Shown here piece by piece: positions 27,201 to 36,108 of a stretch of DNA of 64,000 bases. Every line of letters starts with the position of its first letter. Positions within the stretch are counted from its first letter, which is position 1. Location of the stretch: assembly GCA_964342815.1 (NCBI GenBank), contig CAYFHS010000005.1:64001-128000 (forward strand), read 5' to 3'. This DNA comes from an uncultured archaeon. Lineage in GTDB: Archaea > Thermoplasmatota > Penumbrarchaeia > JASLWR01. Made by a program: the position numbers and the translations under genes. Under the pieces are notes generated by a model. The model was not told where the DNA came from. It saw nothing but the letters and a program-made list of their open reading frames with translations, and made no database searches.

Positions 27201-28036
27201 TGCTTGCCAAGGGCGAGGAAAAAAAGATTGGCCTGTATTTCGATCCTCTGGTCTCCACCTCCACATATCTTGACCTGTCCCTCATTTACGCTGATTCCCG
27301 GGGAAGCTACAAGAGCGTATCAATGGGCCGAAAGAAGATTGATATCCAATCCCCCGATTTCGTTCGTGACGACAACATAAACATAGCGACTCTGCGGGAA
27401 ATTATGGTGTCCAATGCTAGATATCAGGACTCGAAAGTTTACGGTATCGATCCAAAGGTGCCTCTAAAGGACGTTCTGACCCTGGCCAAGGAGGGTATTT
27501 CAGAAGCCAACATTTCCAAGGTGAGGGATACTGCCAGCCATGACATGGAATCCTCGTGGTTCTATGCCACAGCCGGTAGCGGTGAAAGCATAGTGATCAG
27601 GGCCTCTGTGATCTCTAGCAGACGGGTTCTGGAGATATTTTGCGCTTGTACCAAGCGTGAGCATCTTACCACGGTTCTTGCCGACATCTCCCAGAGAGTA
27701 ATGGCTAAACTTAACGAAAGATGGCGTCAGCTGCAGCCGGTAACACAGGTGAACGTTGAGATAAAGGATTCCATCATCCAAAGATCTAACTTGGACTTTG
27801 GAGGGATGGGTGGGAAAGGAACGGGAGGAATAAAAATATCGGATTCGGTTGTCACGCGTTCTACCGTCGGGTCCGGCAGCGAGGGGAATATTAGCGTTTA
27901 TCGTAATCTTTTGATAATTGCACTGCAGGACGGGTATATCAACGAGAATGAAGAGAGAATGCTGGCGGACTCACGGAAAAAGCTTGGAATCTCGATTGAT
28001 CAGCATCAGAGCTTGCTAATGGCATTGAACAGGTGA
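24293..28036 (+). CDS. Large single-pass receptor-like protein: TolB/PD40 propeller, four ~85-aa Ig-like repeats, TM, cytoplasmic TPR-like helices, beta-sandwich plus alpha/beta domain, TerB-like tail
   Basis: PD40-type repeats (PSLSPDGEKIVF); four repeats of IGP(I/V)...GAxVSF...Y.NxTDExGxAHF...LP.G; TM LGLLIVGGFFLLIVIISII. Confidence 0.88.
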   Translation: MWKMLFHGTNRSGISLVVILLLSIIVVCLPLTSGGYVWEEEELGALKYDHKYPFVVLRENAIIYSSKEDGGDHFDIWRMALDGSDHRQLTDNDIDEIKPTSDDDGRKIVFTGENNIYIMDFDGSDQENIVDDVPEEFTLTDASISADRTWVIFSSNMDNDTDKNWGDYGYFTSISMDIWKCEIDGDNAEQLTDHNWDEYSPSLSPDGEKIVFVAEESAGDEDIHIMDSEGDNWERLVTWQNKDDSYPSFSSSGRFIIYGDGNNDDKKAVMYDLDTGKSNYISAETVDERGEYVEENVKGRYMRFYPPTDNINEMKVIYSATSGAFYPKLSIWISEKVRFSYNVNIGPIERESGSYDHDPMEGASVAFTFEQVYYENLTDENGWASFTLPVGKLPGVEINASVGDEWITWNSNYNPPEFSNDLVEIGPVKLHTEETEYWGLPLQGVLVSFAYKEITYEDTTDEEGKAHFRLVINGKRVDWLPSGTIISATWDGETQTWEDGDDEAEFHRYMIELGPIVLKTDSSSYYGDRVQGAAISFSFEGDDYENITDEDGYAHFGPFGIEELPAGTLINVSYKEEWISWEQGDYSIPNFASYTVSIGPINRLTDEWDYSGTAVKGAVVSFEYKGKRYKNITDDEGKAHFTLDVKKLPAGIEIKAEKGGDEISWEQDQSIPKFQYEPTASDWIMDYLGLLIVGGFFLLIVIISIIQRLVVKKTRNRGKQQFGMQKPQPMSEGAFDIGKSSAAKGNDLFNRKKFPEALGQYQMALSKLDLAQTWAKKEKDQVLIGTIEDMLSSVRNNIVSCELAVDKRTVEEGYRDAERRFDSALKSIRDDKLFEGRRTLMELSRKLEHLITIAKSRNFVQAIKNITTFLVKVRENINIADMKMSQGVDAVSFGGVPEIGSAGVMALDVAISGTTKHQGGYVVESLTMKNNTMFDVSSAELKISFDSNILRLSHTYPPLPFSEKEVSVGMLAKGEEKKIGLYFDPLVSTSTYLDLSLIYADSRGSYKSVSMGRKKIDIQSPDFVRDDNINIATLREIMVSNARYQDSKVYGIDPKVPLKDVLTLAKEGISEANISKVRDTASHDMESSWFYATAGSGESIVIRASVISSRRVLEIFCACTKREHLTTVLADISQRVMAKLNERWRQLQPVTQVNVEIKDSIIQRSNLDFGGMGGKGTGGIKISDSVVTRSTVGSGSEGNISVYRNLLIIALQDGYINENEERMLADSRKKLGISIDQHQSLLMALNR

Positions 28037-28053
28037 TCTTGCCTATCCGTTTT

Positions 28054-28190
28054 CACGTAATGTCAGGAACATTTAGACTGACTTCTTGGTAAAGTTGAGC
28101 CAGAATGGATCGGCTTTACACGTAAAGTCAGGAACATTTGGACTGACTTCTTGGTAAAGACGTGCCAGAATGGGACGGCTTTACACGTAA
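28054..28190. repeat. Tandem duplication of a 65-bp unit (58/65 identical)
   Basis: Units 28054-28118 and 28119-28183; a third CACGTAA begins at 28184. Confidence 0.9.
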
Positions 28191-29222
28191 ATGTTCCCAA
28201 CCCTTGTCACTTACCGGGACAATATCTTCTCCGCTTATCAATGAAATATCTTTTCCCGTTACCTTCCCTATTGGCGTTAAGACCGGCAGTTTCTCGTCTT
28301 TCTCGAACATTCTTTCCACCCGTTCCAAGTCCCTTTCGGCCACGGTAAACAAAAGACCGAAATCGCCCCCCCGGTATAAAGCTGACTCAACCGCTTCGTC
28401 TTCGCTTAATCCGGAAAGTTCCAGGTCGGGATCCAAGGGAAGTTGGTTTCGCTCTACTAGAAAACCAATCCCGTTCTGACGCGACAGCTCGTGCAGCGAC
28501 ATTGCCAGTCCGTCGGAGTTGTCCATTCCCGAACTGACGAGTTTGGATTTTGATAGGGAAAGTCCTGCTTCCACATGCGGTAATATCTTGAGCATCTTTT
28601 CGTAATATTCATACGCACCTTCGCTATTCTTGACATGCCAATATGGACTTCCCACCCCTTTTTCGAACGACTTCATTTGAATATAATCATTTACCATTCT
28701 CAGAGCCGCTATCCCGCGTCCAAGTGTGCCTGTGACGCAAACGATGTCCCCCTCACTGCATCCTTTTCGGGAGATGAACCGGTCTGACTTGCATCTACCG
28801 ATAGCAGTGGGAGCCATTATGAGCGAAGGGGCGAACTTTGTATCGCCTCCGATCACCGGCATGTCGTATCTTTTGGCGCAGTCGTTGAAACCCGACAGCA
28901 ATAATTCGAACCAGGATAATGGAAAATCAGAGGGAAGAGCAACGTCAAGTAATATACCTGAAGGTTTTCCCCCCTTGGCTGCCAGGTCCGAGAGGTTCAC
29001 TGCCGCCGCATACCATCCGCATAGACTCGGGGGTGATCCCGCCGGAAAATGAGTGGTCGAGCACGTAAGATCGCTGGTGACAAGAATAAGTCCGGTTCCC
29101 GAGGTCAAGGCCGCTGTGTCGTCCCCAATACCAACGGCGATCCCAAGTAAGGAGACGTTCCGGGAAAAAATATTACGGGCGATCTCGACGAGCTTCTTCT
29201 CTCCAACGTCAGACACACGCAT
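28128..29222 (-). CDS. thiL: Thiamine-monophosphate kinase
   Basis: GEKKLV, GIGDDTA, NLSDLAAKGG, IGGDT, GDIVCVTGTLG, MDNSDGL, GGDFGLLFT. Confidence 0.95.
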   Translation of the reverse strand: MRVSDVGEKKLVEIARNIFSRNVSLLGIAVGIGDDTAALTSGTGLILVTSDLTCSTTHFPAGSPPSLCGWYAAAVNLSDLAAKGGKPSGILLDVALPSDFPLSWFELLLSGFNDCAKRYDMPVIGGDTKFAPSLIMAPTAIGRCKSDRFISRKGCSEGDIVCVTGTLGRGIAALRMVNDYIQMKSFEKGVGSPYWHVKNSEGAYEYYEKMLKILPHVEAGLSLSKSKLVSSGMDNSDGLAMSLHELSRQNGIGFLVERNQLPLDPDLELSGLSEDEAVESALYRGGDFGLLFTVAERDLERVERMFEKDEKLPVLTPIGKVTGKDISLISGEDIVPVSDKGWEHLRVKPSHSGTSLPRSQSKCS

Positions 29223-29282
29223 GGAATCACGAAAAAGATGTCCGGGGCAGTTATACCCCTCTATGAAGAGTATTGTGAATGC

Positions 29283-29576
29283 TTAAGCCTTCATTATGCA
29301 GAACAGGAACAAAAGCAATCCAACAATGGCCCCAATCCCCGCTCCGAGGATGCCCAGAAGATGTTCCCGTATCCAGACCTCTGTAATACTGCCGAATTCA
29401 GCAAACTGCGTGACTACAACGAAAGCAACACAAAAAAGTCCTATCAGCATGAGTATTGTGCCTATCGATCTGCTCTTGCCAGCACCGAAATAAGCGGCAA
29501 AAACACCAGTGACCAGTGTGGTCACGCCAAACCAAAGTATCAAGCTTATTATGAAAATCGATAAAAGGGGTCCCAT
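29283..29576 (-). CDS. Small hypothetical membrane protein (3 TM)
   Basis: 97 aa, three hydrophobic helices; GGAGG upstream of the ATG. Confidence 0.8.
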   Translation of the reverse strand: MGPLLSIFIISLILWFGVTTLVTGVFAAYFGAGKSRSIGTILMLIGLFCVAFVVVTQFAEFGSITEVWIREHLLGILGAGIGAIVGLLLFLFCIMKA

Positions 29577-29709
29577 GGGATACCTCCAAATCTCTACATA
29601 CCCGGAAATGAGTGATACTATATATTAACTTTGTTTTCTCCTTGCTGGAAATATAACCTTGCCGATGCTGGATTGGAACAAGCCGCTAAAGCTCGAAGTT
29701 TGCGCTACT

Positions 29710-29943
29710 CTAGAATTTGATTCCAGTAAGTGTTTTCGTATCAATAACACCCTCGATTGATCGTATACCGTCAACCACTATCTTTCCCAATTCGTTAAAA
29801 TCTTCGGTCTCGAGTTTTGCTATAAGATCGTACTCACCGAAGAGCGGATGCAGCTCGATGATGTCCGGAAGTTCTTTAAGCTTGTTGAATACTTCATGTT
29901 CCTTAGCAGGTGCAGTGCTTATCAATACGTAACCTATTGCCAT
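29710..29943 (-). CDS. Stand-alone Lrp/AsnC ligand-binding (RAM) domain protein
   Basis: 77 aa; FGEYDLIAKL and IRSIEGVIDTKT; no HTH domain. Confidence 0.92.
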   Translation of the reverse strand: MAIGYVLISTAPAKEHEVFNKLKELPDIIELHPLFGEYDLIAKLETEDFNELGKIVVDGIRSIEGVIDTKTLTGIKF

Positions 29944-30282
29944 ATTACTCCCGTTTTAAATATCAGAATCGTCTCTATATAATGGTTTGTGTTGAATTGG
30001 TTTTTTTTATCATTTAGGAAATACAGACCATGCCCACTTTGTTCGGCAGAATCAAAGATTCTGCTGCACCTTCGATTTCCCCCGAAAATCTGCAGGTTCA
30101 GTCGATTTTTTTCGTCAATCGCGAGAACTGTACCCCCCTCTTTTTTTGGGCTGCTTTTTCCAAAAAAGTAGTTTTGGGCCGCTTTTTTTTCTAAAAAAAG
30201 TGATTTTTCATCATTTTGGGGAATACAATTCGTCAAAAAATGCAAACTGAGAGGTGGTGGCGGGTCTACATTTAAGAGGATA

Positions 30283-33200
30283 CTATTTCCTCACAGCCCA
30301 AAGGAAAGCCAGGGTCAACACAGTACCCAGAACTATAATACCGGCAACAGCCATGATCCAGTAGGCGACACCCCCCATTACCCCCGAAGAACCTTCGATT
30401 AACACGGGTTTCTCGATACTATTGTCCTGTTTGTCCTTTTCCACTATGAGGTTATCCGGATCCACTACCACTTTGAGCTTGCATTCCGAAATATCCGGGA
30501 CCTTCCACGTAAAGGCTACCATCTGAGTATTTCCAGCAAGGATCGTTCTGATCGGCATGGTGGCGACAGCCTGTCCGTCCACATAGAGACGGACCTGGAC
30601 ATCTTCCGCGCGAATATCTCCGGTGTTCTTAATGTTGACCATCACTGATACAAGCTCACCCGTTTCAATGCTGCCGGGGAGCTCGATGTCGCCTACAAAT
30701 GTGAGATCGGCATTCCTTACGCTTACCGTGGATTGTATCACAGGAAGTTCGAGACCAGGTGAGCTAATGCAAAATGAACTAACGTTGAAACTGACATCTC
30801 TCGCTGAGGCATACCGCGGTATCTCTACGGTCAGCGTAACCCAGGCAACACCTTTCCTAGGGATCCTGATAGTTATTTCATTAAGAATGATGAGTTCTTC
30901 TCTCATGTTGCTTGGTTCATACGCAGTGCTGCGGTCAAGGTTAGTTACGTCCACGGTCTGGGTGAAATCTACGAATTCCACATTATTGATGCCTGATATC
31001 TGTTCATCCAGGGAAACACTCGAAAAGAAAATCGTCCATGGTTTTCTTATACCAGTTGCCGGGTAGATATCCATGGGGAGATCCTCGATATTGAGCTGTA
31101 TCTCGTCCCAGGCATTTCCTTCATTACGCACGCAGATCCGGAAAAGGGTAAAAGCACCAGGTTCGGTGATCTCAATATCTCCGGATGAGAATATTTCAAC
31201 TGAAGACTTCCGGTTTACCTGTACGGAAAGGAAGAGATATTCGAAATTCTCCTCGCCGCTGATGTTGACAATTATAGAAAACGGGTCGAAGCTCGGGGTT
31301 TCCGGGATACCGTCTGCAAGAGCATTAAAGGGGACCGTTATATCCAACCTCAGGTTAACGGTTTGGAACGGTTCCAGTGTGACATAATCTACTGACAATC
31401 CTTCAAAAAGGAAATCGAATTCCCAGTCAATTTCAAGTTGGAACATGTAGAAGTTTGCTCCGGTCAAACCATTGCCGAGATTGCTCACTGATAGATTTAG
31501 GGAAATTTTATCACCAGGATTCAGGTTATAATAGTCGGTGTCCTCAAGAGAAGCGCTGATCAAACAGAAGCGGTTTACTATGGTTGTAAGGTATACCGAA
31601 TCCACAACCTTATCAACGGAGGGCATATTCACCTTCACCTCAAGAACACAGCGGGAACCTTCGAGAGCGCCTTTTGGTGCCGTCATGGTTATGGAAACGG
31701 TCTTTTTCTGCCTGGCTTGTAAAATGATCGTAGGCATGTCGGTAACGGCAGTCCATCCCGATATCATCGGGCCCAGCTGGATCTCAATATTCTCTCGGCT
31801 GTTTCCATTGTTTCTGACGCTTATCAAAAAGGTGACGGATTTTCCCGGATCAACGTATTTCACAGCCTCCTCGCATTCGATCTCCACTGCCCGGAACGCG
31901 CTGACCTCGAAGATGATCTCATCATCGTGCTTTCCCTTTGCGTCCTGCCCGCTCAGTTTGGAGAGATATGATTCGCCAACAGCAGTAACTATCGCCGTCT
32001 CCCCCTCCTTGGCATCAATTGGCGGTGTTATAAAAATGGTTATACCAGAGGTATTATCTTCGAAATGATATGAGGACAGCTTGATATTGCTCAGAGACAT
32101 TTCGCCCTCGTCGAAGACCCAATCGGGATTACGTTCCGTGTCAATGTTGATCTTCCAATCGCTTGGCACGCCCTGGAGATTTATCTTGTATGTATCGTTG
32201 ATATTGCCTATGTTGTTGATGCCGAGGGTAGCCACAGTGGTCTTTCCCGGGTCCACGATTATCTTTTTCTCATCGTTCACATCGGTCTTCACTGCCCAGT
32301 TCACATTGAAACCCAGGTCCACGATTATGACGTTGGTGGTCCATATAGTGTCAGTGGCATTCTCTGGGTCACCGGTGGACGTGGCTGTCACATTGATTAT
32401 AGCGTAATCTCCGTCCGTGACGTTGGTCAGGGGGGCTGTGACAGTAAGTGTGATTAGCTCCGATTCTCTGGTATCCAGTTCTGACGTCTCTTCAACGTTC
32501 AAAGAAGCGGTCCAGTTGCCGGGAACATTCGGAATTTCCAGTTTTATGGTGTCCGATCTGAGTCCAAGATTCCAGACCTCTATGTCGAATGTATGGGTCT
32601 CCCCGGGTTCATATATGTAAACAAGAGGTTTTGGAAGACCTGTATATGGGTCCTTTTCACCTGAGATCAGGGCCACCTCATAGGCCCGGGGCGCCAACCA
32701 ATTGATGATACCCAGACCGAATTCGGCATTGTGCTCGTCCCAGAAATCAACTTTCCCATCCTCGTCGCAATCATACGTATCCCCGAAAACATTGCAATCG
32801 GGTACGAACACAGCTCTACCCGCTCCGGTACAGTTGCCATTGGGAATGGCTAGGCATGCGGGTTCACCATTGAAGTTAGAGGAACCGTCAGTATCCGTTA
32901 TGATTATTTTTCGGGATTCGGCAGGATTTTCCATTGTATATGCGTTGGAACAGTAGTATTGTATCGATGGAGCGTTTTCAGTGATTATGTATATTTGATC
33001 GGGATCGTTCTCGTAGCCGGGGACGTCATTGGTGGGCATGTTGTCGTCACCGGGAACATTGTTATCCTCGTATATCACCCAGTAGTTATAGGGGCCAGTA
33101 TAATCGTTTACATCAGTAACCACATCGGACCCCCATCTTACGAAAAAACGCATTGCGATATCATTTACCTGAGCGGGGAAATTGGAATGGTCCGCTATCA

Positions 33201-33777
33201 GAAGCAATCCACCTCCGTTCTTCACGAAATCTTCGATCACATCGATCTCCGAATTTCTGTAATTCCCGTTGAATGTCATCGGAACTACGAGAACGTCGAT
33301 ATCCTCCAAGGCCTCCTTGGTGAATAACTCCCCTTCATTGAGCAGTACGACCTCATATTTATTTTCGGTTTCGAAGGTGTGGCCCGGGTGCGAGGCTTCC
33401 ATTCCTTCCGGGTCTCTTAGAACGTCGGCAAAACTGCTGTGGCCCCCCTCCCCCACGTTACCCCAGCCGTGTACGTCATCGGCCTCGTTTGCGGGATCAA
33501 CACTGAAAGCCGGCAAATGTGCATCGTCGAACATTACTTTGATCACATCGCTGTCTCTGGAACTGCGGCTATATTTATTTTCACCAGATAATCTCTCTTC
33601 GCCATCATTCCCTTTGGCAACTTCATCAATGGAGTCCACACCTTGAAACTTGGAACCGTTTTCGTCAATAATAATTTTATTTTCCGTATCATTCGTCCAA
33701 TCAATATTTGAGACAAATTGGGTAAAAAGTACACCTAACATAAGAATAATTATAGCGGGGATTAGCATCTTTTTCAT
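30283..33777 (-). CDS. Large surface protein: DUF4350/GATase-like domain, repeated NEW3-like Ig domains, CARDB domain, C-terminal TM anchor
   Basis: FDDAH...DVLVV...IEDFVKNGGGLLLIADH; repeated (V/I).N.GN..D...L modules; CARDB VVDPDNLIVEKDKQDN; terminal hydrophobic helix plus RK. Confidence 0.88.
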   Translation of the reverse strand: MKKMLIPAIIILMLGVLFTQFVSNIDWTNDTENKIIIDENGSKFQGVDSIDEVAKGNDGEERLSGENKYSRSSRDSDVIKVMFDDAHLPAFSVDPANEADDVHGWGNVGEGGHSSFADVLRDPEGMEASHPGHTFETENKYEVVLLNEGELFTKEALEDIDVLVVPMTFNGNYRNSEIDVIEDFVKNGGGLLLIADHSNFPAQVNDIAMRFFVRWGSDVVTDVNDYTGPYNYWVIYEDNNVPGDDNMPTNDVPGYENDPDQIYIITENAPSIQYYCSNAYTMENPAESRKIIITDTDGSSNFNGEPACLAIPNGNCTGAGRAVFVPDCNVFGDTYDCDEDGKVDFWDEHNAEFGLGIINWLAPRAYEVALISGEKDPYTGLPKPLVYIYEPGETHTFDIEVWNLGLRSDTIKLEIPNVPGNWTASLNVEETSELDTRESELITLTVTAPLTNVTDGDYAIINVTATSTGDPENATDTIWTTNVIIVDLGFNVNWAVKTDVNDEKKIIVDPGKTTVATLGINNIGNINDTYKINLQGVPSDWKINIDTERNPDWVFDEGEMSLSNIKLSSYHFEDNTSGITIFITPPIDAKEGETAIVTAVGESYLSKLSGQDAKGKHDDEIIFEVSAFRAVEIECEEAVKYVDPGKSVTFLISVRNNGNSRENIEIQLGPMISGWTAVTDMPTIILQARQKKTVSITMTAPKGALEGSRCVLEVKVNMPSVDKVVDSVYLTTIVNRFCLISASLEDTDYYNLNPGDKISLNLSVSNLGNGLTGANFYMFQLEIDWEFDFLFEGLSVDYVTLEPFQTVNLRLDITVPFNALADGIPETPSFDPFSIIVNISGEENFEYLFLSVQVNRKSSVEIFSSGDIEITEPGAFTLFRICVRNEGNAWDEIQLNIEDLPMDIYPATGIRKPWTIFFSSVSLDEQISGINNVEFVDFTQTVDVTNLDRSTAYEPSNMREELIILNEITIRIPRKGVAWVTLTVEIPRYASARDVSFNVSSFCISSPGLELPVIQSTVSVRNADLTFVGDIELPGSIETGELVSVMVNIKNTGDIRAEDVQVRLYVDGQAVATMPIRTILAGNTQMVAFTWKVPDISECKLKVVVDPDNLIVEKDKQDNSIEKPVLIEGSSGVMGGVAYWIMAVAGIIVLGTVLTLAFLWAVRK

Positions 33778-34024
33778 CTATTACACTTCCAAAGTATCAG
33801 CATCTCTTCTCTATTTGACTAAAGGGTAATGGCAATGATATTATTTTTACTCTTTTATATTATTGATAAAAAGAACGTTTGATCGTGTTTGAAATCGGGT
33901 TCAATTGATCCTTGAGACTTTTTTTAAATCATATATCACCATCATACTTTTCTCATTGATTCAATATGTGGAAAATGTTGAAATATCATTACAGTAATTC
34001 ACCGCCCCTTAGAAGGGATTGATA

Positions 34025-34303
34025 ATGGCAAGAAGGACCAAGAAAGCAGGGATCGTCGCAACATTCGGTGCCAGATACGGCACAAGTGTTCGAAAGAAAT
34101 ACAAAAAGGCGGCTGAGTCCTCCAGGAAAAAGTATCAATGTCCGAAATGTACATATTCTTCCGTAAAGAGGATATCCAGTGGTATCTGGCAGTGCAGGCA
34201 TTGCAAGTATAAATTTGCTGGTGGAGCCTATCAGCCCCTGTCCGACGCCATGAAGAACAGATTGTTGATATTCAAAAAGGTAAATGAACAGATGGACCGG
34301 TGA
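34025..34303 (+). CDS. rpl37ae: 50S ribosomal protein L37ae (eL43)
   Basis: RTKKAGIVATFGARYG, CPKC, GIWQCRHC, FAGGAY. Start taken at the MARR ATG. Confidence 0.98.
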   Translation: MARRTKKAGIVATFGARYGTSVRKKYKKAAESSRKKYQCPKCTYSSVKRISSGIWQCRHCKYKFAGGAYQPLSDAMKNRLLIFKKVNEQMDR

Positions 34304-34309
34304 GCTACA

Positions 34310-34450
34310 ATGGACTTTAAATGCGGATATTGCGGGGAGATAATAAGGGACGATGATAACATTCTCAAGGTCCAGTGCACCCGATGCGGTGGAAAGGTAC
34401 TTTATAAGAGAAGGATACGCACCACCATAAAAAAGGTTACAGCCATTTGA
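34310..34450 (+). CDS. rpo12: RNA polymerase subunit Rpo12 (RpoP)
   Basis: Not in the ORF track (46 aa). Manual translation MDFKCGYCGEIIRDDDNILKVQCTRCGGKVLYKRRIRTTIKKVTAI shows CxxC/CxxC; conserved position after rpl37ae. Confidence 0.95.
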   Translation: MDFKCGYCGEIIRDDDNILKVQCTRCGGKVLYKRRIRTTIKKVTAI

Positions 34451-34454
34451 TTTC

Positions 34455-34706
34455 ATGGTCGAGAGCAACGTAGAAGCAAGGTGCCTTATATCGCTGCCAC
34501 TGGGGGCGAGGGAAGGAGATGTGATTCGCCGGGCTCTTCTCGTGGAGAGGGAGTCCCGGGTTCCCAAAACTGAAATATCTCTAAGCCAGGAAGGAAACAC
34601 GCTTCTTTTGGAGATCACTGCCGAAGACAGCTCCTCCCTGAGAGCAAGTATCAATTCTTATATGAACTGGATTTCCTCGCTTGTGAACCTTATAGAAACT
34701 CTCTGA
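34455..34706 (+). CDS. pcc1: KEOPS complex subunit Pcc1
   Basis: AEDSSSLRASINSYMNWI motif and conserved operon position. Confidence 0.88.
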   Translation: MVESNVEARCLISLPLGAREGDVIRRALLVERESRVPKTEISLSQEGNTLLLEITAEDSSSLRASINSYMNWISSLVNLIETL

Positions 34707-34765
34707 TCCAACACAACCGATCCAATTATCTGACATTTTGCTTTGCACAGCAGGGGGACAATGCT

Positions 34766-35113
34766 TTGGATATAAACCCGGAAACTGAAAAACAACTAGC
34801 CGAATTCGAACATTTGAGAGCACAATACCAGTCCATTGTCACCCATCTGATGCAGTTCAAACAGGTGTTCAGGGAGACCGAGAGAGCCATTGAAGAGATG
34901 GAGACGCTTAAATCGGACGCCAAGGTGTTCAAGGAGGTGGGTTCGTTGTTGATTGAGGTGGATGATCGATCGAAATTGAAAGAGGAACTCAACGAGAAAA
35001 AGGAGACCATGGAGATCCGACTTAAATCGCTTCAATCACAGGAGACCGAGCTTAAAGAACACTTGACGAAAATGCAGGCCGACCTGGAAAGCGCCCTGAA
35101 AAAAGAGAATTGA
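34766..35113 (+). CDS. pfdB: Prefoldin beta subunit
   Basis: TTG start; coiled coil - VFKEVGSLLIEV hairpin - coiled coil. Confidence 0.95.
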   Translation: MDINPETEKQLAEFEHLRAQYQSIVTHLMQFKQVFRETERAIEEMETLKSDAKVFKEVGSLLIEVDDRSKLKEELNEKKETMEIRLKSLQSQETELKEHLTKMQADLESALKKEN

Positions 35114-35114
35114 T

Positions 35115-36092
35115 ATGATCTCACCGGACCATATAAAGAAATTCGACGGGATTCTGACGCATCTCGAAACCGACCGCAAGATCTTCATTCTGCACCCGCA
35201 AGCGGACGGAGATGCAATAGCCAGCGGATTTGTTTTTACAAAATCCTTTGGAGGCCGTTGTTTTATTCCGGATACGATATCCTCAACGGGTAAGATGGTG
35301 TGCCGATATCTGAGTTATGAGCCTGAAATCCTGAGTAAAGATTCTCTTAAGGAGGCCAACCAGGTCTTTCTTCTTGACTTCTCTAATCCCTCTAGGATCG
35401 GTCCTCTGGCAGAGCTCATCGAAAAACCCATCATAATCGACCATCACAGCCCGGAGTCAGGGATAAGGACGGCTCATTTATTTTCTTTTCCAGATCGAAG
35501 CTCCACGGCCGAGATAGCGTTTGAGATAGTTGAACATTCAGGGAAGACCTTGGACACTTTATCGCTTAAGGCGGTCCTGCTGGGTATCTTGACCGATTCT
35601 GGCCATTTTCGTTACGCAAATGTCCGGACAATGGAGAACACGGGAAAAATAATGAAACTCTTGGGGGGCAGCCTCGAAGAGGTCATGGACGCTCTTGAAA
35701 GCTCCGAGAATCCGGGAAAGAACATCGCTCGACTCAAGGCTTCTCAAAGGATGAGGTATCACAGGGTTGGGGATTTCATTGTCGCTGAGAGCCATATCTC
35801 CTGTTTCGAGAGCAGCTGCTGCCAGGCATTCCTCCACGCCGGAGCGGATGTCGCCATGGTCGCCTCCGGTGAAAAGGGAGAATTCAGGATAACCGGAAGG
35901 GCAAAGGAGAAGCTTGTAAGAGCGGGCCTGGACCTGGGGAAGTTCTTTTCAACACTGTCGGAAGTTCTGCCCGGAGAGGGCGGAGGTCACAGTGGAGCCG
36001 CCAGTTTTAACGGCAGAGGCAATTTCACAAAAGCTTTGAGGATCGCGGTGGGAAGATTGGAAGAGGAACTAGTGAAGCTCGGAGAAAAGTGA
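35115..36092 (+). CDS. DHH/DHHA1 family phosphoesterase
   Basis: HPQADGDA, IIIDHH, GILTDSG, GGGHSGAA. Confidence 0.93.
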   Translation: MISPDHIKKFDGILTHLETDRKIFILHPQADGDAIASGFVFTKSFGGRCFIPDTISSTGKMVCRYLSYEPEILSKDSLKEANQVFLLDFSNPSRIGPLAELIEKPIIIDHHSPESGIRTAHLFSFPDRSSTAEIAFEIVEHSGKTLDTLSLKAVLLGILTDSGHFRYANVRTMENTGKIMKLLGGSLEEVMDALESSENPGKNIARLKASQRMRYHRVGDFIVAESHISCFESSCCQAFLHAGADVAMVASGEKGEFRITGRAKEKLVRAGLDLGKFFSTLSEVLPGEGGGHSGAASFNGRGNFTKALRIAVGRLEEELVKLGEK

Positions 36093-36108
36093 ATTCCCAT
36101 TGTTTTTA

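Noticed and set aside
33989-34654. 221-aa minus-strand ORF
   Set aside because: It lies antisense to rpl37ae, rpo12 and pcc1, which are clearly real.
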